Assembly: GCF_001949145.1 (NCBI RefSeq)
Contig: NW_019091358.1
Coordinates: 2,722,535-2,786,534 of the forward strand
Source of the DNA: Acanthaster planci
Lineage: Eukaryota
DNA: 64,000 nt
Direction: 5' to 3'
Shown here: in pieces, positions 53,304 through 64,000 of the stretch
How the letters are laid out: the number at the start of each line of letters is the position of its first letter
Position numbering within the stretch: position 1 is the first letter of the stretch
Notes under the pieces: generated by a model
What the model was told of the DNA's origin: nothing
Databases searched by the model: none
Seen by the model: the letters and a program-made list of their open reading frames with translations, nothing else
Translations under genes and position numbers: made by a program

Positions 53304-56300
53304 GACCTTCACACGAGGAAAGCAAGGCCCAAGAAACGATTACTAGGTAATCGTATGCCCCAGTTATTAGGTAATGGCATGCCTCATTGAGCAGGCAGGA
53401 TCGTTAGTACAGTCCACAGAATCACAAAATATGTCACAGCTACAAATGTACAACTTGTAAGCTTAGGATACGTTGAAGTCCGTGGGCACAGCCCACTGAG
53501 AATATTGGGTTAGGGCATACTGGAATGGTTGGGATGCAAATGAATTTTGAGATATCCTAACGGTGTCGTCTCTGTCTCACAATTTGCAGGATCAAAGGTA
53601 GAGTGCAATATTTTTCAAATTAACCTTTTCCCTTGGTGTTTTAATGAATTTCAGACTGCTGGATTCCACTACACACATGGAAGACAAACAAGGCTCAAAT
53701 TGAAATATCTTGAGTTGAATAATGAAACTCAAAATGACCACAGTAATCCCCATATTCACATCCATCGTGTGTCGCTGCAGCTGTTATAAATCTGTACCAA
53801 TGGTTAAACAGAATGAGGGCAAGTTCGAGCAACGACTATAATTGACCATAGACCGCTTGACCTGTGTATGGTCGGACACGTCTAGTCGACCATTTGGGAC
53901 CAGGTTTAGGGGTATGGTTGCACCGCTGGTTACCGATAACATATTTCATTCATCATTACAGAGGGAACCATTCACATGAAAATAAATGTACCAGATTTCA
54001 GTGACCTTGTACGCTACGAAAAATCGCAGCCTGTGCTGAAATTTGAGTAAAAGTGAAATTAAAAACAAAATGGGCCGATTGAGGTCGTTCAAGTGTAACT
54101 TAATAGCACATGCGCATTGTTAAAAAGCCACTGACTACTGGCCTACCTATAGTTAGCGCCCAAACTTGCCCTAAAATGCAGCAGTATAAAATGTAATTAT
54201 TTACATGTAGATCATGTTCGGCAGCCAAATAAGCAAACGCTATATGGAGGTTGTAACTGCCAAATAGCTGTTAGAAAACAACACTTTTGGTTTCACTTCC
54301 TGTGATAAGGCCATTCCCAAACTAATACCTCACTGAGCTTACTTGTGTGTGAGAGGCACATGGGGTATCCTTACAGGCTCCTGTACAAACAGCATTTTTC
54401 TTTGTATAGTGTTCAACAGGCTACACTGATTAGGTCTTGGTTACAGATTATGTGTTGGTTATTGAAGTTTAATCCAGATCTTTTCTTGATTGCTGCACCC
54501 CCCCCCATTTCTTTTTAAGTCATTGTTTTGGTTCATGCCTGTCGTTGCCTAGAAACCAATACACAAATGATAACATGATCCTTAACAACAAGCCCGCTGT
54601 AAAGCAAGGGGGCGCTCTGGCACTATTGTTGGTTATTCTATACATGGAATACAACAAAGACATTACATGCTGCCAAGCTACATGTAAATAGACAGGCATT
54701 TTGAAATAGGTGTACATTGTACAAACAAAATAGACATGCGTTTAAAATGAAATACAAAGTGAAATAAATGAGTGTAGATTATGCTGAAAATACATGTAGT
54801 ACAGCATACGTACGGGCAAGACAGCATTCTCATGAAAATACCGCAGCATTTCAAGAAAAAAGTCCACCTAATTTAAGGAGGTGACAGTCAATGCACTTAC
54901 TATGGAAGAAAATTTATTTTATCAGGATTGTTGAAGGAAAATGTACGTGCTATGGGGTGATGACCTCAGAAGCTGATCAAAGTTGCACAGTTTCAGACCC
55001 ATGATGATTTGTAAACTAGTTGATGCAGCATGAACATTAAATGCATAAATGTTGGTGTACAGTGCAGGCCAAGCCGATGTCACAAAGCACAACTTCTGTA
55101 CATGTACGTGCTAGAGCAATTTATAGTGTTCTCAGAGACGTAATTTTAATAGAGGCAATACATCAAATGTAATACATGTACTTAAAATGACAGGGTATCT
55201 ACATGTACCTGTAATTAGCAGTACTTGCCAATTGTGCGCACTCGTTTTTAAGTTGTAAAGAACACTGAATGTTAGTGATCACTGTTCAAGTACATGCACA
55301 AAGGTAGATAAGTTTTCCTTTCATTTTTTTCTCTTCAGAACTTGCTCCGTCAACAAGCAAGAAATCTGAATATAATTCCTTTTGGAGTAAGCATTTTACA
55401 GGTGCTTAAAAGCCTGGATATTTTGTCCAAAATGGATGGTGTGTGTCTAAGCGCCCATTGTGAAGGCAATCTCAATGAACAATTTTTTGTTTCTTTTTCA
55501 AGCTGCTTGTAGAAATAATTGCCTTTTTGACAAAAGAATTTGAAAGAATCGTGTTAAATCATGAGCAATAAGTGCCTCTATTTCTTCCTGTTCATGTTGT
55601 CCATATATGGAACGAGCTGTCCAAAGTGCCTTAGAATAGAAACGCCAAAGACCCTCTTTTTTTCTGAAGCTCCTCTTGGTACAAAACGTTTTTTAAAAAA
55701 CAGTCAGCTATAGTTTACAATGTGTAAATAGTAATACATGTGTACATGTAGCTTGATAATATTCGACTGGTTTTATTAATTCAAAGAAATTTGATAGTAA
55801 CGTACATGTAGATGTGTCTCCATACTTGGAAAAAATTCAACAAACGTACATTCACTTGTGATTTTTTAAAGCATAGTTTTGAAGAATATAGAATCTTTGG
55901 AATTCCAATTAAAGCGTGATTTGTGAGGGTCGTGTACCACCGGCTAGCCCAAAACAAAAAAAACGAACACTTAAAACATGACAATAGAGCCAAATTTTAA
56001 GTAAGTTCTAAAAATAAAGAATGTTTTGCAATGGACTTCATATACCTGTACATTAAAAAGATTAACCTGATGGAATTGCTTTGGTATAAATGTCAAGTGG
56101 GTGATGACCGACCGTGAGAAATAGTGGAGTAAGTCACATATGTACAATTTGGAACTAGAAGTCTGTATATAAATCTTGAATGTAAGCTTTTAGCATCTTC
56201 TGTTGTATGTTTTGCTGTCACCTCTATATGAGGGCATATTGTACCACAGCCATTATGTGTCGAGCTATAGCCTCATCAGCACTGCTTTGATTAAATAAAA

Positions 56301-58585
56301 TCAATCATCACTGGCTTAAAGCTTGATTTCAGATATCGAATGGAGACAAATCAAAGAAACAAAGAAGATATATCAAAACATCTGTAATGAGAACTGGGCA
56401 TATTTCAAGCTTCTGCTTAACAGTGTGTACTTCAGAAACGGTTCTGTGTATTTCCCATCTGCTTATGGACTGTCTCTTAATGCATTACTTCAGCGAACAG
56501 ATGGTGTCAACAGGCAGACAGCGTGTAGTGCCAGTATATCCCAATATGCTGTAGTGGCACAGGAAGTATGGCCAATGAACCCATGGCCAGTATAACATTC
56601 ATTCAGTTGACATCTTTTTGCTGGTACAGTGTCCAACTAACCAGGATTCCCATTAGCATGAACTCATTAATTAATGTGTCAGAGGTGGTGTTGACAGTAA
56701 TCTGGCAAGCACACGCGTGTAGTGTACATGGTACAGTGCAAAGCTTTGCTCATTTAGAGAAATCGCACATTTCATGTAAAAACAGCAGAGCAACTCAAAA
56801 ATGACGACACATTTACCCAGGATAATTGTATGCCATCTTTGTTGTATAAATTTCTTTCTCAGTAAGTGATGTACATGTACATACTGTAAGTAGTAGACAG
56901 ATATCTGAAATATGGAGACCCAAAATTAATAAACAGGAAGCAGTAGGATCAAAAGCAGTCTGACTCTAGTCTCTTTATAATGCACTTATAATACTGATAT
57001 AAAACCTCTTTCCACCATCAAAGGCTGGCTCATACTTGGGGCAAAAGTGGACATGGATGCTAAATTGTGACGTAAGATCAAATAGGTAGGCTGTGACTTT
57101 GTGCAAGTTGAACACGTTTAAACTCGAGCGAACCTCGCTGCAAATGTTTTCAGGCGTCCATGTCGCTTCATCACATTCGCGTTTGCCCAAAGTATGAACC
57201 GACCTTCAGTAACAGTTAATATTGCACCATTTGCCAGGCTACTACTGCAGGCAGACCAACGAACAAGCCCAAAACCAAACGAATATCGCATGCAACCCCT
57301 GTAAAGCTGTAAACCAGCTCCATTAGCCCACGACACAGTTCTACTTTGTCACCATCCTAAGAAATGGAAAAGTAACGAACAAAATGTTTTACCTTCAAAT
57401 TTTAGCTGGCAAAAAAAACACACATTCTAACAAGTTTTCAACTTGACGTTCTTCTGAAATAGCTACTTCCAACCATGCACTAACGCCTTTCAAATAATGG
57501 CAATGATGCCACTGATCTCTGCACTGGATACATGTAGTGCGCTCATTCATGACTATGCACAAACAAATGAGGCCCTGCCTCTCAGTTTTAAGGGGGGGGT
57601 AGGGCCTTCCAAAGATGGCTGCCAACACATTCTGCGCAACATATAGCATCATTAGTTTCAAGCTTTGAAGCATTATTGAGCAGTAACAAATAATTTTATG
57701 GGTTAAAGGGGATTTGTTTGCTTGAATGTCACTGGCATGAGCTGTTACCTGAAATAGGCTGATTCCACAAAACCGGCCAACAGTCACAAACATCTTGGGC
57801 CTCGCGCAGGCATGCCATCAAGCGCGAAGATTTGCTTGGAGCCTCCAAAAATTGGTACCTAGTGACATTGATCTCCACAGCCAAAGTAACTAGGCACTTG
57901 GTACATAGTAATCGGCGACCAACATTCACACAAAAAGTTTTTTTTAATTGAAAACATTTCTTTACAATTCACGTGAGACCTGTCCCCAAACAGCAGCACC
58001 TAAAGATAAAACAATTTTTTAAAGTAAACACACATATGTGAAAATCTTTGAGCATAGGGAGAATACATTTAAATCCAAATATATACATATATGTGTAAAA
58101 TATATTTCAGAGATTTTAGCCACAATAATCAGAATATAGCCATAATGTACATGTATCTGTATGAAATAAACTGAATGTATGCAGAATAGAAGTAAACTGG
58201 TACATGGCTTCCAAACCTCCTGCATGGAAAACAAAATAAGGGAAAAGGCTTCGGTCAGAGAGTGTATGGCTTCCTGAGAACCCTTGTTCGGACATCTCTT
58301 GTTCAACTGCACACTGATTCAACAGTGAAGTCGGTAAGTATCCCTATCAGTCAGTGCACTCAGTTTTGATGAGCACAATTTCACTGAGCCAATATCACCC
58401 GGATTGTCTGCTTTGTGGCAAATTTTTCTGTGGCAAGGACCTACAAAAGCAGGGAGCCAGTAATGGGTTGTGTGTACTGTAAGACAGTTTGACTGGTAAC
58501 CCACCAAGCGTCTTCTCTGTGCAACGGCTGTTTAAGCTAATACCAACTCCATGCAAGCTGGTCCCCCAACTGACCAGCGTCCCTC

Positions 58586-61500
58586 CTAATTGGACCAGTC
58601 ACCTCGGTAGAACACAACGTTGTTGCCTGTTTCATGGAGCTTCACCTCGTAGAGCAGATCTGGGTTGGGGAGTTGCTTTCGTATTTGCTCCCAGATGAAC
58701 ACGGCAATGTTCTCCGCCGTGCTGACGATGTCCTGAAAGTACGGCACATCCTTGTCAATATTTTTATGGTCCAGGAGGTCCATGATTGCTTTCTGTGTAA
58801 GAATCACATATTGACACATGTACTGTGACTTATCTCCATGCACCTCTCCAAAAGGAGTCCTGATTTGCTGGCTGCCTTTACAATACCATCATTGTCTCTG
58901 AAAATGAGACCACAAACTCTGTACACAAGGTGCATGATCACTGCACACTCAATGGATATTAAAGGTTTGCTTTGGCTGCACAGTTGCAGTAAAACAATGA
59001 TCAAAATAATCAGCATAAAACATGTATCACATCAAAATCGAGGAATCTCCGAGTGCAGCACGTGCACATATCTAGTGTAGACATGTCTGTTTTTTTCTCA
59101 TGTAGTTCAGAAAACTGTGAAAATATCTTTCTTATTGTTTGACTGTTGACAGTTTCCTTAACTGTTCCTCTTCCTTTTGCATAATCTTGACCCCCCAATG
59201 GCTCTAAACCTGTTTTTCAGCGAGGAAACTGTGTGTGGACCAGACACAGTCCACAGAAGGGCTACATATCCTGCACTGTTTGGACCTGCTTTGTTCTCAG
59301 GTCCTCACAAAGATAGCAAGGTTGCCACGAAAATAAATACCTGTGTGAAGACACACACTGGGGCTGTGTTCTACAGCTATGGCTATGTCAGTTAACAGCG
59401 TGTTCCTGTGTGTTTTCAATGGGCGAAAGCCTAGACCTAGCCCAAGACAACAGATTTGAATGCCTCACCTTCATATATTGCTTCAAGTCGGTCAAGTTCA
59501 TCACCATGCCTGTGACAGGGTCAACCTGTAACATTGGAAAACATGAATCATTTGGAACATTCTTTCAAAAACATTTCTAATATCACAAAGGGTTAGAATG
59601 GACAGTGGACGAGGAATGGGTAATCCTTGCACAGGTTGTGAATTGAAAGATGACTTTATTTGAAAGATCCCCAAACTTCAGAAGTCGCCTTTACTTACTC
59701 ACAGGAAAGCTGAACATATCATTGCACAAGTACAGAAAATATCAATGTGGGTTTAGACACAGGTTATATATAGCTTGTATGTTAAATCTGTTATGTTTAA
59801 AGCAAAGTTTAGAAAATCTCACCTCGCCTTTGAGAATGATTTCAACTGCAAAAGGAAAGAAAAAGATTACTTAACATTCATGAGTACAGCAATGCCCTAA
59901 CAAAAGAAAGTGCAAGAGCTTGTGTAGAAAATCTTCAACGGGGTCACCATTTAAATTAGACATGTTTTCAAGGTACAGTAGATCTACTCACAAAAATTTT
60001 GTTCTGATGGTCAAAACTACAGTACAGAAAATCAGTAACAAGTGACTTAGAAACCATGATCTGTTACTGCAGATGGCTTACGTTCGGCGCTGGGTTGTGA
60101 GACCTGGAATAAGTAGGGAAATTGCTCCTTGCCTTCACCAACCAGACACAACATAATCAGTCACTGTTTGACCTTGGTGGATCATGGGGTCTAGAATAAA
60201 CCCTTGCTCCCGAGGTTCTACGTGTACCTAGATTCCTGTCAATCTGTTGCCATTTTAGGTCAGGAATCCTTCCTAATCATAGTGATTTGTTTCTCTGTGC
60301 TTCAACTCTCATGGGCCATCAAGTCTCAAGTAAAGCAAGAATGACAGGATTCTACCTCCCCAAATCCTGCAAAATACTCCCAAAAACCTCCCAGTGGATT
60401 TTGAAGGGTCCAGCCAGGTTAGCTCCAGTGAACCCTGCAAACCCTTCTCCAGAAGGCACAATCATGAAAAGATCTTTACTCTTTGCTAGAAATTAGAGTT
60501 ATTTTGAGCGGCACTTGCTCACCCCAACTCACCTCTGTAGTTATGGCCGTGGCCATTAGGGTTATTGCACTTTCCAAACAAGACCTTGTTGACATCATCG
60601 CTAAGACACGGACTGTGAAAAATCAAAAGCAAATGCAGAGAACATAGATTATTTCTACCGCACCTTAATCAGGGTGTTAAACCTGGATAAATCCCTGTCA
60701 TCTTCTTTTCCTCCAAGAGATGTGCCAGCTTCGTACATTTGAAGACTCGGGCACATTGCAATGAGAGGCAGTTACAGTTTTAGAGGTGGGAGGGAAACCC
60801 CACAGGAATACTCTGGGGAATCAAGTAGCGATGGAAAACCCAATCCACAAGTGGACTGAGCTAGGAACGAAGCCAGACCGCAGAGGTGGAAGGCGAGGAA
60901 AGAACCACTACGCCAACCCGATTCCCCTGATTGGTTGATCATTGATCACATTTCACTCAATTATTTGTTCTACTCAAGAGTGCCTATTCAATAGAATTTC
61001 ATTTCAATTGACTGGTTCCCACCTCCATTTTTTTTTCTCGGTAAGAAAGAGAAAAACAATGTAGGGTGGCGCTTCAGACATGAATTGGTTTTGAAATTTG
61101 ACTGACGTAAAATATGAGCAGGACTTATTTGTCAATATTTGGTCTCCTAACTGAAGAGGATTTCTGCAGTTTTTGTTCCAACAATTAATGAATGTTTCAC
61201 ATTTGTGCAATTGGTAAGAATAATTTTATGAGTTGACAGATGAAATGTTTAATTTGCCTCGTGGAATCAAACGTTTCATCTGTCATCTCATGAAATTATT
61301 CTGACCAGTGCATTGCACTCATAAACATTTATTATTCAAGTGATTTGTCCACAACATACAAAGTGGATTGTTCTACAGACAATTGGTAACCCCCCAATAA
61401 TGGGAAAGAATTTAAGAGACGGAAACCACTTATTTGTCCATGCAGTGACCTAGGCCTTAGAGATTTTAGTGTTATAGAATTAGCCATCTGACATCTGAAA

Positions 61501-61904
61501 GCAACCTAGGCCTAGTATAGTCTAAACCATGGAGGTAGAATCACACCTCCATGTCTAAACTAAAGCCAAATTTAGGTGTGAAAATATTAAGGCATTTGCT
61601 TAGAAAACACTTCGAATTTTTCAGACCAGCCTCATACATGTCATTATGCTGATATTGTCGGCATAAATCATAGGGTTGGTGCACAGAGTACTGGGTGTCA
61701 AGTGGTGTCCGTATATGGAATTCTTTGTGAATTGCTGTTTGTGTACATTTCATTTGAGACTGCTCACCTGTGCAATCTATGGCAGGCACTGAATGACTCC
61801 GCTCTGCTCACATACACCACCCGTCTGCGTGCCGCCTCTACTCGCTTCTGATCATTGTTGTTAACTGGACCGTGGTTCAGTGAAGTACCCCCAGACATTG
61901 ACAT
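58586..61904 (-). CDS. PTS: 6-pyruvoyl-tetrahydropterin synthase, about 167 aa
   Basis: Exons (minus strand): 61904-61768 (..[11 protein letters not shown]), 60612-60533 ([14 protein letters not shown]), 59845-59823 (23 nt), 59525-59469 ([15 protein letters not shown]), 58792-58586 ([28 protein letters not shown]). Zn-binding His residues and catalytic Cys/Glu motifs are present. Confidence 0.96.
60758..60927 (-). mobile_element. tRNA-derived SINE, family B copy 2 (PTS intron 1)
   Basis: Shares CCGCAGAGGTGGAAGGCGAGGAAAGAACCACTACGCCAACC and TTTTAGAGGTGGGAGG blocks with 7497-7682. Confidence 0.75.
61212..61307. repeat. Long hairpin/palindromic element in PTS intron 1
   Basis: 43-bp arms 61212-61254 and 61265-61307 are near reverse complements around a 10-nt loop. 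Confidence 0.7.
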
Positions 61905-62843
61905 TGTTGCTCCTCGGAACAAAGTTCACCTTGATGTTTGTTCTATCTGTGGATTCACAGGTCAACTGGGCAGTGTGCTTTTGTTGCCTTTATGAAGTTT
62001 TCGTATCAGTTCTTCACTAGCGGCAGAACCCTGACCGTACCGGACCACAACAGTACAAAGCTCCACCACACTAGCGCCACGCGTGCGGGTTCCGGGTATA
62101 CGCGAGGTTGTCCCTTGGGGATTCATCTCCGCGGTGGCTTAAGATTAGCGAATTTGTCCCCGATTTAAACGATCCCCGAACACAGTGCAGCTCTTTTTCT
62201 GATTAATTCACCTTTACTTAAATAATAAGAGGTAAGCGCTCAAGTAATTTCGATTTTTGAAACTGACTGCGGAGCCGACGGGAGACCGAGCCAAAGTTTT
62301 AAAAATGTCTTGGATGTACCTTTCAGTGAGGGCGCTATACAAACTTGTGAGCTCATCGAAAGTGTGGTTTGGTTTTATTTCCATTCATCTTGTTGTAGCA
62401 TAAAATCACATTGGTTAATGCACATGATGAACCATGCAGGCTGGCAGAAAGGTACTGCTTGTACCAGGCCAGGCCCCCATTATATGTAACTGAATACGAT
62501 GAGATAACGGTAAGCGCAGCAAAAACTTAAAGATTATTATTTCAAAGAGGAAAAAGGCATAAGTATGAAAGAAAGCACTTAGAACTAAAAGAAAAAAAAA
62601 AAAGAAAGTCGTCGTCGAATAACAATACAGGTTTTTCTGGCCAATTTCGGAAAATGTGCGATTTAATCTGTGAAATGAAAATTCAATTTGGCGTAGATTT
62701 TGAACACGACTTAATTAAGACGTGATGGTAGACTGCCATTATCAAGGTTATGATAATATTTTTAGAAGACAAAACGGGAAACTAATCATCAAGGTTAGGG
62801 GAATATTTTTAAAAGCTGAAAAGGAACAAACGGGACACTAACG

Positions 62844-63079
62844 GGCCGATTTCATAGAGCTGCTTAAGCACAAAATTTGCTTAAGCACAAAACGTTGCTT
62901 AAAAAACAAAGGTTACCAGCTCAAAATCTATGTGATTGTCATGCTAACCAAGAGACAGCTGAATACCATTCCAAACCAATATACATTAGATGGAGTTTTG
63001 GCTGGTAACCTGAATTGTCAAGCAAGGTTTTATCGCGCTTAAGCAAATTTTGTGCTTAAGCAGCTCTATGAAATTGGCC
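62844..63079. mobile_element. MITE with near-perfect TIRs of about 42 bp
   Basis: GGCCGATTTCATAGAGCTGCTTAAGCACAAAATTTGCTTAAGC ... GCTTAAGCAAATTTTGTGCTTAAGCAGCTCTATGAAATTGGCC. Confidence 0.8.
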
Positions 63080-64000
63080 GCAGGTTCATTTTCGCAATAA
63101 AAGCATTCAACTTCGTGTTGCATCCTTCTATAAATCAATGTGCATTACGACTCATTTAAGCGGTTGCAAATAGGTGATTGGGATTTCGGTTTCAAGTATT
63201 CGTTTTTGCCAATCATCACAAAACAATGTACATTCTTATTCGCCAAAGATATGTCTCTTATTGTGATTCTTCGGAAATGAGTATTCATTTTCATTTGCTG
63301 TAATTCAAATTCGCAAAAATATACATACAATTTGATTAGAAGACACAAGGTTATACACAAATTATGACATCATAAAAAAGTACCGTAATGTTACTCATGA
63401 AGGGTTAGATTGGAATTGTACACAAAATAATTAAGGACTTGATGATTTTGCAAGAATCTATGTTTGACCTTTAACTTAGCTGCTGTATGATGTGAGTTTG
63501 GCAAAAAAGACGTAGCACATAACACAAGAAGGAAGATTCCCTTAGCCTCGATGTTTAAATAGGCTGCGTATGATCGTCGGTATGTTTCCAAAGACAGCAT
63601 GACTATAATGAGTATTTAAACATTTAATCCAATACTAAAAACTTCTAAAAATATAACTTCTGTTAGCATACAAGCTAATTCCATTTTTGACCAGGCATAC
63701 CTTAAATAACACACAGGCGAAATTGCCTGCATATTTTGAGGAGTACATTTAGTAAGTTAAGATGCGAATGAAGGATTGCAGATGTATTCGATTGCGCGCA
63801 AAAATGAATGTCAACATGCTTAACCAGTGTAATACCGAGAAATTAAACGCTGACTTTATACGACTGCATGCACTCTCAAAGAGAAATTGAAAGAGAATTT
63901 TTTATTTGTATGAAATAGAAACAAGGATTGAATCCGTCACTTGTCGACGATTGATTGTGCGTCTTAAATGTGGATCCTTTACAGTCGGCCCCGTCGCCAG

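Overview
Eukaryotic (animal) genomic DNA with GT-AG introns, roughly 40% GC, probably from a marine invertebrate; the taxon is an inference and cannot be fixed from sequence alone. Five spliced protein-coding genes were rebuilt by hand: SNX27 (+, first PDZ exon lies upstream of the window; coding exons 13779-29034), SLC25A46 (-, 36025-39818), PSMA4 (+, 40098-44698, head-to-head with SLC25A46), a SAXO1/2 (FAM154) ciliary microtubule protein (+, 47992-53303) and PTS (-, 58586-61904). Introns carry tRNA-derived SINEs, a CORE-like SINE and several MITE/foldback families. The most interesting observation is that this PDZ-PX-FERM SNX27 ends in an acidic tract plus ...[12 protein letters not shown], which resembles the Retriever-binding C-terminus of SNX17/SNX31 and is absent from human SNX27. 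That tail sits on its own exon and could be switched off by intronic polyadenylation. Other leads are a 27-nt SNX27 microexon, an inverted repeat pair bracketing an in-frame 741-nt exon block, a MITE family with 6-bp TSDs, RFX X-box clusters and a splice-site-masking palindrome at SAXO, and a possible extra terminal exon of PTS. All homology calls rest on recalled protein sequences, not on database searches.
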